A stretch of 64,000 nt of DNA from Octopus sinensis (taxonomy: Eukaryota), in NCBI RefSeq assembly GCF_006345805.1, contig NC_042997.1, positions 140,926,001 to 140,990,000 of the forward strand, read 5' to 3'. Positions 1-13,617 of this stretch are shown here, piece by piece. The notes under the pieces were generated by a model. That model was not told the DNA's origin. It did not search any database and saw nothing but the letters and a program-made list of their open reading frames with translations. Position 1 is the stretch's first letter. Each line of letters begins with the position of its first letter. Made by a program: the position numbers and the translations under genes.

Positions 1-318
1 CCCCTTCTTCTGCTTCTTCTTCTTCTCTTCTTTCTTCTTCTTCTCCATCTTCTTCTTCTATTCTTCTCTTCTTCTTCTCTTCTTCTTCTTCTTCTCTTCT
101 CTTCTTCTTCTTCTTCTTCTTTCTCTTCTTCTTCTTATCTTCTTCTTCTTCTTCTTCTTCTTCATCTTTCTTCTTCTTCTTCTTCTTCTTCTCCTCCTTC
201 TTCTTCTTCTTCTTCTCTTCTTCTTCTTCTTCTTCTTCTCCATCTTCTTCTTCTTCTTCTTCTTCTTCTTCTTCTTCTTCTCTTCTTCTTCTTCTTCTTC
301 TTCTTCTTCTTCTTCTTC
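1..318. repeat. (CTT)n microsatellite
   Basis: Direct reading; source of the poly-K/R ORF 58..243. Confidence 0.98.
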
Positions 319-321
319 CAG

Positions 322-574
322 GGTGATGGATTGGCAGAATCGTTTGTCTGTCCTTGTTTGTCCTCTCTGTGTTTAGCCTCTTGTGGGTAGTAAAGAAATA
401 GGTATTTTGTTAGTCTTTACGTTGTGTGTTCAAATTCCGCCAAGGTCGACTTCATTCTTTCGGGGTTGGTAAATTAGGTTTCAGTTCAGTACTGGGGTTG
501 ATGTAATCGACTAGCCCCCTCCACCCAAATTTGAGGCCTTGTGCCTGTAATAGAAAAAGATTATTATTATTATT
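322..574 (+). mobile_element. SINE family 1 copy carrying the same linker cassette
   Basis: ggcagaatcgtt, the cassette at 345-400, gtgttcaaattccgcc, ggggttgatgtaatcgact and an (ATT)n tail. Confidence 0.8.
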
Positions 575-790
575 GAGTGAGAGAGTAGCGCATGCCATCA
601 AACTGATGCTGAGGTATAAATATACGAAGCCCAGTATACTTATTATTACTACCCGTCTGATAAGGGTAGCCAGGTGAATTATTCAAACCCCAAAGACATC
701 CTCTCAATACATGGTTATGATACTCCCCCACTACTTCAGTTCGTTTAGCCTTCAATTTAAGCTCTACAAGTTGTAACAGATTCTCAACCA
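575..790 (-). mobile_element. Family X copy with internal deletion
   Basis: gagtgagagagtagcgcatgccatcaaa...cccgtctgataagggta joined directly to ccaggtgaattattcaaacccc. Abuts the (TTA)n tail of a SINE at 560-574. Confidence 0.75.
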
Positions 791-892
791 GAGACGTGAA
801 GGGAAAAATGTTGTATCTAAAGATGTAAACAGGTGAGATACCTCGCAATTGAGAAACTGATGTCCATGTACTATTCCTTTATTGTTTTACTT

Positions 893-965
893 ATCACCCG
901 GTCTGAGATTCGAACCCGCGATCCCTCGATTGCGAGTCCGCTGCTCTAACCACTAGGCCATGTGT
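893..965 (-). mobile_element. SINE family 3 head only
   Basis: cccggtctgagattcgaacccgcgatccctcgattgcgagtccgctgctctaaccactaggcca. Confidence 0.75.
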
Positions 966-1029
966 CCCCACAATCTTGTCTATTAACTGTGTCTTATTCT
1001 CAAAGAACTATGAATCTTAGTACATGGTC

Positions 1030-1420
1030 TTCTGTGTTTCCTTCCTCAGCTGTTGCTGGAGTTGTCATTAATGTATCAGCTGTTCTCTTTCTGTGGACTA
1101 AGGTTTACTCTCTATTCAAGCTACATCTCAAGAACTTCCAGGAGACTCTCTGCACTACCAAATAATGTTGTTTTCTATATATGCTTTATTTTCAATTTTA
1201 TTCCTATCTTTTCCAACCATTTAAAAATTTCTTTGCTTACTTTACTCTGGGCACCAACAATTATTGACACAATTTATACAACTTTTTCATCGACCACAGA
1301 ATTTTGATTTTTATCCCCAGAGCTTCATATCGTGTCAGTTTTTCTCATTTCCCGACGATTTTACCGTGCACAGGACAAGCGATGTCTATGATCAGACAGG
1401 CAAGCGAAGTTTTATTATTC
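1030..1420 (-). mobile_element. Degenerate RLE C-terminus and 3' UTR of an R4/Dong-like element
   Basis: Manual translation of the minus strand gives CLIIDIACPVHGKIVGK*EKLTRYEAL, then after a frameshift IVSIIVGAQSKV...KTTLFGSAESLLEVLEM* (stop at 1123-1121). Confidence 0.75.
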
Positions 1421-2758
1421 TTGTAAAGAAATAACAAGGTGAAACTAACTTATCAAAAACATTAATGTCGAATGCGAACTCATATCCTTTGTAAAATATA
1501 TATTACTGAAAACGTCTAAAACTTGATTTTAGAAAGCACAAAAACAAACAAATCAAAACCAAATCTAAAATTAATGTCTGTCTTTCCATTTTTCATATTT
1601 CGTTAGAAGACTGCGAAGAGATGTAACACGTTATGCTATCTCGATATGGCGGCAGCCATTAGCAAAGGTCATTGCTGATGTGAAGAAACTCTCGTAACAA
1701 GTGACAATAATGACAGGTGAAGAGTGAAATGTTTAGAGACAGAGAAAAATATTGGGGTTAAAAAATCACATTCTTATGCTATATAAATAATCTAAAAAGT
1801 ACAAAATAAAGTTTGTAGAAATATTCACCACAGTGAAGTGTTTTTACAGATACATTGCTACCGAATATCAACGTCCACATAGACAACTCATCAAATTTAA
1901 CTCCAGCATTGCATACACTCTATCGATATCGACAAGACAGCACTGCAATATAGAGAAGCTCTTGGAATGTATTTCTTTGCTTTTTAATTAACCAGCAAGT
2001 CTAGGGAAGAAATATAATATGTAACAAAACACATACGCATAAATATATATACGTTCTCACGCACACACATACACATGCACATACACGCACGTATGCACGC
2101 ACGCACACATCACACACACATGCACATACTCATTCATACAGCTGGTCAGACAGACAAAACTATAAAGTTATGAAGGACACTTGGTAAGAGACAGAAATAA
2201 ACGAGTTAACTTTTCCAACATTTGAGACATATCAAACAAACGCTCTTTAACCGAAGCAACTCTTCAACTGTTTTATTGCTTTATTATTTATTTATTTGTT
2301 TATTTATTTATTTATACATTTATTTCGTTATCAAGAACATCGTTAGTTACAGATTTAGAACACTAAAATTCCTGATTCGCTAAAGGAGTATTTGTAATAC
2401 GACCGAGAGCAAATATCTCAAAGGACATTTTTTTTTCACTTTACTCGCCGATGTTCACAATATACATCAGTGTGAACGATGTACACATATTTACATACAA
2501 ATATCCAATATATATATAATTCTGCAGTTGTATAACTATTTCCAGAAAAATATGTAACGAAGCGTAATCAATTTTTCTTGAAACCATTTCTGGATTAATC
2601 CACAAGGATTCTTCCTTCTTCAGCAAGAAACACAGTTTGAATACATGGAACACTTACATGTACCCACGGAAAAGCATTTGCTTTTTAAAATTTCTGTTAG
2701 CTTGCTTTCTCGTTTCAACACGCTGTGTATTTATCGTGAAAAGTATTGTATGTGGTTA

Positions 2759-2833
<75 letters not shown>

Positions 2834-2845
2834 CTTTGAATCTGT

Positions 2846-3358
2846 GTGAATGTGTATAGAATAATATATCACTTGAATAAAGAAACAGCAAAGACTGTAC
2901 TCCCTGGAGCGAAGGTGGGAAAGATATGCAGTATTACACATCTGGAAGATCCTAGAAGGGATTGCACCAAAGTTTGGTATAGAATGCTACACAAAGTTCT
3001 GAACGGGTCACCACTGCACAGTGCCAAAGATCCCAACACTGCCGTCACGTTTCCGGACCAGTTACTGCAACAATCCGGTTTCGAGAGCACACAGCTTTTT
3101 AATGTTCTCCCAAAGAGCCTGATTGACCTACAAAATGTGGATGTAAGTGTTTTCAAAACAAAACTGGATCTCTTCTTGTCGAGAGTCCCAGATGAGCCTA
3201 CCTCGCAGCAGGAGGCACAAATGAGGGCAGTGACATCAAACTCCCTTATTCACCAAATGTTACATATCAGAGGAGGCTCTCAATAATAATAATGTAGCAA
3301 AACGGCGGTGTCCCAGTGTGGCCGCAGTTTTGAACTGAAACCGATAAAAAGTAAAAGA
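2846..3358 (+). mobile_element. 3' end of a CR1-like LINE (ORF2 C-terminus + tail)
   Basis: QLFNVLPKSLIDLQNVDVSVFKTKLDLFLSRVPDEPT...SNSLIHQ is typical of a CR1-group ORF2 end. It is followed by the tail ggcggtgtcccagtgtggccgcag...ctgaaac...aaaagtaaaagaat. Confidence 0.8.
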
Positions 3359-3425
3359 ATATATGTATAATATATAATATATAATATATATTATATAATT
3401 ATATATATATTATATATATATATAT

Positions 3426-3655
3426 AAAGTCAGGGTACAATATATACTTGTTTGCTTGAAAGAGGAATTAAAACTTTCCAAAACCACGTATCTCTCACTA
3501 TATGTAAACACGCACGGAGAATGTAGCAAATACATTTAGAAAAATGGTCGTTCCAGTTTGGAAAAAGTACAAATAGGAGGGTAGATATCCCAGTACCTAT
3601 TGGAGAGTTTAAACTCTTCTTTCAAGCAAACAAATACATATTGTACCCTAACTTT
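3426..3655. mobile_element. MITE of about 230 bp with about 56-bp imperfect TIRs
   Basis: aaagtcagggtacaatatatacttgtttgcttgaaagagg... (3426-3481) versus ...cttctttcaagcaaacaaatacatattgtaccctaacttt (3600-3655). Confidence 0.75.
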
Positions 3656-4048
3656 TAATATATATTTTGCATACTTCGATTATGTTTGCTGTCCACTTTA
3701 TCATTATTTTTTTAAAGATAATGATAACTTATTTGAATTTTGTTTACAAATGTTATATGCAGTATTAGACTGTTTAAGCAAACATTAATTAAATTTGGCT
3801 GGAATTGATGAGTGAGCGTTTGGCCCAATCGGATGCGCAAGGAGCAATGCTAGCGTTGATTTGTGGGTTCGATTCTGGCTGGGGTTAGCTCATCATTTTT
3901 CAGTCATTTGTTTGTATTTATAAAGTGTCACCTCAAATCGGAAAATAAAATATTATTATGATATATTATTATAAAGTTGTTATTATTTTACTTCTTCCAT
4001 AGTAGCTTTCACTCCGTTTACAAAGTCTTTCCTGTTTGCTTACAATAT

Positions 4049-4121
<73 letters not shown>

Positions 4122-4638
4122 GATAACTATATATAGTATGCGTGTGTAAGACGTAAGTATGTATGTGTCTATTCTTCACCGATTTATATCAGTATAGAAT
4201 ACAAACATCAGCGAGAAAAACCAAAAACTAAAATGTATCAAAATAAAAACATAAAATACATTAAACTGCAAATACATCAAAACGGTACTTTGCAAACGAG
4301 GTTCTTCGCATCAAGGTTAGATTGTTTCCCATACGCCATCAAAAATGCTAAGAAACAGTAAGAGGCTGTCTGCTGGAATTCTATAACAGACGACGTTATT
4401 GTTCACAATTTGTGGTATAAAATATATAAATAAATAAATATGTCAAAAGTTCTAGATTAATAGGTCTCCAAGAGACAAAAAACTTTGCATCTAATCGATG
4501 ATGTCCTGCGGCGGACAATGAAACAAAGAAGCAACGTTCCCCGACCCTCAGCTTGGAGTATTAACATTAATAGATGCACTTACAAGTTGATACTTTCAAA
4601 TCACACGCATCCGCACGCTCACACATATTTATAACTAC

Positions 4639-4685
<47 letters not shown>

Positions 4686-4847
4686 CCCTCTCACTCTCTC
4701 TCTTTCCCCCACTCCCCTCTATATATACCTATATATACATAAATACATATATATATATAGAGAGAGAGGGAGAGACATGTATAATGTATATATATATGTA
4801 TATACATATATAAGTATATATATATATATAATAATATTTATATATTA

Positions 4848-4925
<78 letters not shown>

Positions 4926-5553
4926 TTAAATATTTTAAGAAACATTAAATCGGCATCTAATTTCTCGTTAGGTTGGCCAATATTTTTAATGCTTCTTTAG
5001 AAATCTAATAATTCTTAAACTAAAAGTAAAAAATCACCAGAATGACAGGATGACAGAACACCTGGAGAGAATTTGTTTCAGCATGAGCTTGCTAGAGTTT
5101 TGCAATGACGTCTTTGGTTTTATTTAATGGCACTCTAATTTACTTGCGTCAAAGAACTCTATGGTCAGTAACTGAAAGGCAAAATACCTATTCTTTTAAA
5201 TAACCCGTTGAAATATATTTCAGTAGTATTTTTAAAGCACAGCTTCTAATAAGTGGTCGCTAGAACGAAATTTAGAATAAGTAACAGAGGTTGTTGTACA
5301 GAAATAACGAAGACGTCAATATCAACGTTTTTTAAGAATAGACATTAAATGATTACAATGGATGAAAACTTTAAGTTTTGTTCAATGTTTTGTTGTTAAT
5401 TAGGGGAAGAGAGTGTTCTTGTATAAATAGATTTTCTGAGGTAAGAAAAAGATATTGAAATTAGACTGTCAAAATATAACGTATGTCAGTTTAGTACAAT
5501 ATACGCTACATGAAACTCTCGCCTCTTGAGATACATATGTGGCTTTACAGCTA

Positions 5554-5621
<68 letters not shown>

Positions 5622-5622
<1 letters not shown>

Positions 5623-6070
5623 CGATAGGCTACAGCAAATATTCTGCTCAATACCACAGATTTGCTTGTCAGTTGTTAAACCGTAACCAGTTGAGCAAGT
5701 CTCTTGGTGGCTGACGATACGTGTATCTCTGATCACGAGCAGAAGAAGTGGGGGAGCATCATAGCCATGTGTTGAAAGGAATTCTTGGAGGGTTGGATAA
5801 TTCACCTTTGGAAACATGGGAGGTTCGTTCAGATCCTTCAACAATCCTTATTCAGGGACCTTTTGAGCGGGATGGTCTACTCGACCAGAAGAAAATTCTA
5901 ACTGGGCCCCACCTGCAAGGTCATGTACTATTTATCTTGATTTGAGATCTCCATGTCACGCACATATGGTTCTGATGTATGTGCCTGGTGTACCCTTATC
6001 AGACGGGTAGTCATGATAGGTATACTGGGCTTCGTATATTTTACCCCAGTGTCACTTTGATGGCATGCAC
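5622..6070 (+). mobile_element. Family X copy
   Basis: Reverse complement of the 31916-32435 element (gcaaatattctgctcaatac...gggggagcatcatagccatgt...gtcactttgatggc). Begins right after (TAA)n 5556-5621. Confidence 0.8.
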
Positions 6071-6084
6071 TGGGGTAAAATATA

Positions 6085-7032
6085 TGCTCTCTCAAAACTC
6101 CGGAAGAAAGTAAAAACTTTCAGATATGAACCGTCGGACTCTTACCCGAATTGTTAGAAAGGATCACAAAAGTACAACTCCCAAAATTACTGCAGAGCTT
6201 AATGACCACCTCGAGAACTCAGTTTCCACAAAAACTGTTCGCCGGGAGCTGCACAAAGCCAGATTTCACAGGAGGGCTGCAATCTGAAAACAGCTATTTT
6301 CAAAAACAAACGTTGCAAAGCGTTTAGAGTAGATTAAAAACCTACAGAATTGGTCCCTAGAGCAGCGGAAGAATATTATTTTCTCGGACAAGTCATCCTT
6401 TACCTTATTTCCGACCACTGGCCAAGTATACGTGTGGAGACAGCCAAAAGAAGCATTTGACCCAGACTGCCTTTTCCAACTGTTAAACATGGTGGAAGAT
6501 CTGTGATGATCTGGTGTGTGTGTGTGGGGCGCTATATCTTGGAAATCCGCCGACCCAATGTTTTGCCTTCGAGGAAGAATTAATAGTTAAGACTATTTAA
6601 GCATTTTATCGCATCAAATTCAGCCTATGGTTGCGGAACTGTTTCCGGAGGAAAATGCAATCTTTCAGGATGATAATGGACCAATTCGCACAGCTAAAGT
6701 TGTTGCTGAATGGCGCGAGGAACATTCTAGTGAAGTTGAACGTCTTAATCTGGCAACCACAGTCCCCAGATCTCAATATTATTGAACAATTATGGTGCAT
6801 TTTAGAAAAACAAGTAAGGAGTCGATATCCTCCACAATCATCACTACAAGAACTGGAGACTGTTTTAGCTGAAAAATGGACAAAAATTCCTTTGGAAACA
6901 ATTCAAACTTAGTACGAGTTCATACCTCGTAGAATTGCAGCTATAATTACTGCCAAAGGTGGTCCTACCCCATATTAAAATAAATTTGTTTGAAATCCTA
7001 AGAAGTTTCCATTAGTTTGTCCAACAACCGTA
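6085..7032 (+). mobile_element. 5'-truncated Tc1/mariner transposase pseudogene with right TIR; DD36E spacing
   Basis: Translation gives RRTLTRIVRKD, IIFSDKSSF (D 6387), TVKHGG.SVMIW, FQDDNGPIRTAK (D 6672), PQSPDLNIIEQLW (E 6784) and IPRRIAAIITAKGGPTPY*. It ends gtttccattagtttgtccaacaaccgTA. Stops and frameshifts are present. Confidence 0.92.
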
Positions 7033-7617
7033 TGTATGTGTATGTAAATTTAATATACATAAACACACGCACACATATTAACTTCTTTGACTTAGACATG
7101 AAAGTTATCGCATAACTTGGAGCCAGTCTAGATAAGTTTGGAGAGGCTGTGGTTGTCATTATTTCTCTAAAGTGCAATCACATTCGTAAATATAGATCAA
7201 TTGTATCGACTATGGACCGAAGCTCTCGTCTAAGTCTCGAATCAGCGTGATCTTACATCCAGCTCGACCGCATTCACTACACCTTTCTTTTACAATACTG
7301 TCACTGAAACAGCTGAAAGTAATCGGCAAGACACATTACAAGTTGTTCAAACAACCACACAAACAAGTTTTTCAATAAACGGTTTCCAGGTAGACATCGA
7401 TTTCCATTAGTATACTATTGGAAATCAGTGAATGGCTCGAAATATTGGAGGCATTGAAAGGTGGCAATAGCTTATAGCGGCAACACAATACGACAAAACA
7501 GAAACGATAAGCTTTTACACATACAGAAATCGTTCATGCATACAAAGAGCACGCCTTCGGATGTATACATGCGAGCACACAAACATACTTATATGCATAT
7601 ATATGTATGTATGTATG

Positions 7618-7680
<63 letters not shown>

Positions 7681-7982
7681 TATACATATATGTGTGTATG
7701 TATGTATGTGTGTATGTATGTATGTATGTATGTATGGATGTATCTATCTATCTATCTATCTATAGATACATACAAATATTTATATTTATGTATGTATATA
7801 TATACTTACATATATATTTGCATGCACATGTATATATGTATGTGTTTTTGCCTGTGAGTGTAAAATAGATCTACATTGCCTGAATATAAAGAAATATGAA
7901 CATCGCTCGAATGTTTGTTGCTCCTAAATCCCTTTCTATTTTGTGAGTGCTATACTGTGAAGATACACTTCAACCATTGAGT

Positions 7983-7983
<1 letters not shown>

Positions 7984-8037
<54 letters not shown>

Positions 8038-8038
8038 C

Positions 8039-8117
<79 letters not shown>
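7984..8117. repeat. (TAA)n microsatellite abutting the R4/Dong copy
   Basis: Direct reading. Confidence 0.98.
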
Positions 8118-9893
8118 TTACAACCTACTACCATCAGAACAAAAAGGTTGTCGAAGAGGGAGCTATGAATGCAAGGACCAATTGCTGATAAACAAAATGA
8201 TCCTTCGTGACGTATATTTGCCATTTAAATATGGCTAACCCCTAAGGGTGGATGCTACTGTAGTTTGTAGCCCCAGGAGGAAACCTCCTCCAGCTGGCTA
8301 TAGACACACTTTCTAACCAGGAAAACGAACCTGAATACATGGGAAACTACGTTGACGCCGAACCATTCCAGTGGATCAATAACAAGCAGACCAATCAAAA
8401 TCAAAAGTGGTATCTTCCAAGGGGACTCGGTGTCACCCTTAATATTTTGCTTGGCACTGGCACCATTAAGTACCATGCTCAACAAAACCGAATATGGATA
8501 TGAGATCAAGAAGAAAAAGGGAGTCATCTGTTCTACATGGATGATCTGAAAATGTACTCAAAAAATGACGAACAAGAAGAAGGTCTACTTGCCACTGTTA
8601 AAAACGTTCAGTGATGATATCAGGATGCAGTTTGGAGAAATGCGCGAAAGTCACTTTCATAAGAGGCAAACTAGCATGCTCTGCGGATATCCACGTAGAT
8701 ACACAAGCAAGAATCCGAGCATTGGACCAGGAAGAAGCATATAAATACCTTGGCATAGACGAAAGTAACGGCATAAAACATTCAGCAATGAAAGAGAAGA
8801 TTAGAAAAGAGTACTACAGGAGAGTACGGTTAGTAACAAAGACTAACCGTACTCAACGCTGCATACAAAAAATAGAAGCCATTAACATTCTTGCAGTACC
8901 AATCGTAGCTTACAGTTTCAACATAATCAACTGGCAGATGAGCGAAATAAAGAAGCTAGATTCCAAGACCAGAAAACTACTAACCATGGCTCGAGTGAAC
9001 CACCCAAAATCGGACGTGAACAGGATTTATTTACCTAGAAGCATGGGAGGAAGAGGACTAACTCAATTAGAATTATCTTATAAAATCACCACTGTAGGAT
9101 TAAATACATATCTTGAGCTGTCAAAATATCCTCTAGTGAAGCTTGTACACCAGCATGATAACGTAAAGAAGCTATACTGGGTATACAAAGAATATGTACA
9201 GTTTAAGAAACAACTGATGACGAAGGAACCTAGGATAAAGGTGAGTGAGAAAGTAACCCAGTTTGCTAAAAGAGTTAAGGAAGAGATGAAAAAACAAGCC
9301 CACAAGAAGAGCAAAGAAGAATGGCTAGAAAAACCGATGCATAGCCGATACCCATGTAGAGTGAAGAAACCAGACGTAGAAAAAAAGTCACTTATGTATG
9401 GATGAAGAGCTCAGGACTGAAGGCTGAAACCGAAGGTTTTATCATAGCAGCACAAGATCAAAGCTTGGCAACCAGGGCTTACCACAACAAAATAATGAAT
9501 GATGGCACTGACCCGAAATGCAGAATGTGTCATGAGCAGGATGAAACAGTGAACCACCTCTTAACTGGATGCACAGCGCTTGCAAAAACCGAATATATTC
9601 ATAGACACGATAAAGTAGCGCAATATATCCATTGGAAGATATGTAAACACTACCAGCTTCCAACTTCAGAAAGATGGTACCAGCATAAACCTGAAACTGT
9701 GACCGGAAAAGATAATGTAACAGTATTCTGGGATATACCAATCAATACTGATAAAGAAATCAAGGCAAACCTGCCGGAAATAATCATCAAAGATGGGAAG
9801 AATAAGAATATCTCCCTGTGCAAGCTGCAATCTATTGGAAATCTACTGAACCTGCACTTCTTGTGCTTGAGATATGAAGAAATAACACCTTGA
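8118..9893 (+). mobile_element. 5'-truncated R4/Dong-clade retrotransposon copy (RT, CCHC, partial RLE), different subfamily
   Basis: Starts directly after (TAA)n 7984-8117 with LPSEQKGCRRGSYECKDQLLINKMIL. Contains GIFQGDSVSPLIFCLAL, FYMDD at 8534-8545, YKYLGIDE, LKAETEGFIIAAQDQSL, CRMCHEQDETVNHLLTGC, RHD and WDIPINTD. Several frameshifts; the RLE appears internally deleted after about 9810. Confidence 0.93.
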
Positions 9894-10418
9894 TATGATA
9901 ATGAATTATGCAGAATTTCGGTAAGGATTTGGTGGATAACAGCATATTAACAATATGATTGTTAAAAAAAAAAACCCTCTAAGAAGCTCTCCTCAGTTCA
10001 GACACTAGGAGGGGCAACTCTAAGCTGACTAGAAAGCTTTGCTTTCTTTATAAGAAATCGGTATTATACGATGACTGCATACGTAAGTCGCTAGGCCGGA
10101 ACAAATGAGTAAATAAGTGAGCGAAGCAATGACAGGAAATAAGCAAACATGAGATCAGTTCAAATAAGTCTAGGGTATATTTAAACCTGTAAAGGTTTTT
10201 CACGACGCAATAGAAGCACAATCAGTCCGACGGGTTTCTATGCAGCTTCTGATTACTTAATTTAAATCACAAGATAATGGTCGAAAATGCAGAAAATATT
10301 TAAGCAAGCTTCCACGCAGCGAGATCGAACTCGAGATATTGTGGTTTCAAAGCGAACTTCTTAATAACTTGACAATACTGCGCCTGTGATGTGTATGTGA
10401 GTGTGTGTGTATATATAT

Positions 10419-10474
<56 letters not shown>

Positions 10475-10839
10475 ATGGTGTGTGTGTGTTGTGTGTGTGT
10501 AGGTGTGCATGTATGTGCGTATGTATGTGAATGTGTGCGTATGATACACATATAGATGTGTTCACAGAGACAACCACAAACATCTCTTCCTCACACGCAC
10601 ATACGAAGTCACCATATGTGTGCGTGGATATAATTATAAAAACGATATATACATTCAGATAAATGTATGATATGATTTTGAACGATACATGTATATTTTA
10701 ATATATAGTTTATGTATATATGTATGTGCGCGTGAGTGTGTACATACATTCGCGCGCGCACACGCATATATATATGTGTGTGTGTGTGTGCACATACATA
10801 TCTATATACATATGTATATATTTATATGTATGTATATTT

Positions 10840-10893
10840 AGATAGAGACAGAGAGATAGACAGGCAGATAAAGAGATAGAAAGATAGATAGAT

Positions 10894-10986
<93 letters not shown>

Positions 10987-11000
10987 ATATATAGATAGAT
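10840..11000. repeat. (GATA)n microsatellite
   Basis: Direct reading. Confidence 0.95.
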
Positions 11001-11514
11001 AGAGAAAAAGAAGGATAAATAGAATCTTTTAATATATACATACCTATACGATTAAACTTTTCCCAATAATTATGATCTTAACTCGACATATTCCAGGGAC
11101 AGAACGTCCTGGGTTTATTGCTGTTTTGCCTTTCTTTGAAACGTATTACACACTATCAAGTTAACCATTATAGTCATAGCTCTAATGAAGCTTAAAATAT
11201 GTCTTGGCATCTAGTATTTGTCGGCCATTTTAATGGCTCATAAATGTTCTGTCGGAGGACATCTAGCGACAGTTCATCGCATGTGGCTCTCCTCTAAATG
11301 ATAGTAAATTACTGTTTGGTAAGTGATGGTGTAGTGTAAGCTTAAACTGGCTCCGAATCAGACTCCACAAAGTAGGAAACAAGTTCGATATGAGTAGAGA
11401 TGGTAACTGTTTTAGATACTGGTTTATCATTTTTTTTTTTTAGAAAAATATAAATGTACTTCTTATGACGTTCATACATTTCTAAAAAACAATGATTTTT
11501 TTCTTCAATAATAA

Positions 11515-11549
<35 letters not shown>

Positions 11550-11564
11550 ATAATAATAATAATG

Positions 11565-11598
<34 letters not shown>

Positions 11599-11774
11599 TA
11601 ATAATAATTTCTTTATTTAATAATGGTTTCTTTTAATTATGGCTTCTTTCATACATAAAGTGAACTGATTTCGAGTGTGAGTTGAAGTCGCATCATTTTC
11701 TTCTCGGCTGACATTAGGGTCTTATTCTTAAGTCTACAGCACTCACCATTATGTCTAACTAATGACTTTGTTTC

Positions 11775-12051
11775 GACGAGGACTGAGACAAAAAGACGAA
11801 GTAAAATCCATATGGTTTTACTGGTATTTAAATTAGCATGTCGGGTGAGATTGAAAGGGAAGTTCAATTCTATCAATATTTGAGCTGATTTCTTCATAGT
11901 TTAGTGAAAAGAGGCAAAATGACGCCCATACCCTTCCATAGTGCTTCCGTGACGAGGACTGAGACAAAATGTCAAAGTAAAATCCACTGGGTTTTACTGG
12001 TATTTAAATTAGAATATCGGGTGAGATTGAAAGGGAAGTTCAACTCTATCA
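11775..12051. repeat. 101-bp direct repeat, period 176 bp
   Basis: 11775-11875 and 11951-12051, both starting gacgaggactgagacaaaa. Confidence 0.9.
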
Positions 12052-13394
12052 TCGCATGGTGGTGAAAAAAAGAATGACAGACTATGACTATGATCCACAA
12101 GTTGCTACTGTACGTATTCAGGCATCAAGGAATCGAGCTATTTATACCGTAATACCGCACATCTGGCTTCCAACATTAAAACAAGCCACACGCTGAAACA
12201 AGTAAATGCTATACACCATTGGATTCGTTTCACGTTTGCATTCACTAAGACGGTGACTTGGCTGAGCCGTTAAAACATCAGATAAAAAGGATAAAATACT
12301 TTGTCGTATTTTTCTGGACTCCTGCGCATAACGTTCATATTCTGCCGACATGTTCTTCTTCTTCTTCTTCTTCTTCTTCTTCTCATTAACTATTTGCATT
12401 AAAATTCCCACTAACTTTGTTAACTTATGCCGATACCTAACCAGTTTGTCGTTAATAATACTTATGCAATGCTGAAACGGGCAATCCGATTATTTATCTC
12501 TCCCCCTCCCCTATCTTTCTCTCTCTCTCTCTCTCTGTATATATATATATACTGTCTGAATTATATAAACTTCATTGATGTTAGGAAATATTAACTTTAA
12601 ACTCCTTTTAACATCTTGAATACTTGAATAACAACTCATTAGACTTCAATTCGTCATTTTCCGATGACATTTAAAAAAAAAAACGAAATTTCAATGTTTT
12701 TTTAATGACAGAAAAGATATCGCTTCTGCTATTTGTCTATTAATGGTAATTTTTTTTCCTACCAATACTAAACGACTACTAAACGATAGTCTCTTTTTCT
12801 TTGTCGATCGTTTAAAGAAAAAAACTATGTGGAGATATTTTCCCGTTGTAACGATATCGTCTCGCTTTCAATCAGTTTGTTATTGTGAATGTTTTTTAAC
12901 ACCAAGTAAGCTTTGATCAAGCAGACGTAGCATTCCAAACACTACTATCTCAATGTTTTTTTGCAGACAATAGCTATGTTATCCAACGTGTTCTAAGATA
13001 GTGTGGTTTGAAGTAAATTTGGTTACTATTTCTTGCAGGTCGAACGATCATATAGAGGCAAGCGCAGTGGGTGGCAGAATGAGTCATCTCAGCTCTGTGT
13101 TGACCAGGTTATTCGCATTGTGTCATGGTACCGTACATACTCTTCTCTAACATAAAATCTACCATAAAATGCAAATACGCAAGCATAAGGGCGAATAACA
13201 TAGCGCAAGGTGTAAGCTCTTGGGCAGCATTGGTTTCGATTCATTTTATTTATGCAGCTAATGACTAAGAAAGTATGGCTGTCACAATATGCAATGTCAC
13301 TTTTATCTTTGTGCTTTACAAATTTTAATAAATATTAAATGCTGTTTATCAAAATGTTTGTGTAAAAGGCCACTTTTATATAAAACATTTTCAT

Positions 13395-13562
13395 ATAGGC
13401 GCAGGAGTGGCTGTGTGGTAAGTAGCTTGCTAACCAACTACATGGTTCCGGATTCAGTCCCACTGCGTGGCATCTTGGGCAAGTGTCTTCTGCTATAGCC
13501 CCGGGCCGACCAATGCCTTGTGAGTGGATTTGGTAGACGGAAACTGAAAGAAGCCTGTCGTA

Positions 13563-13617
<55 letters not shown>

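Noticed and set aside
58-243. Poly-K/R ORF, and similar poly-I, poly-L and YI/HT/MYVC ORFs across the track
   Set aside because: Simple-repeat artefacts.
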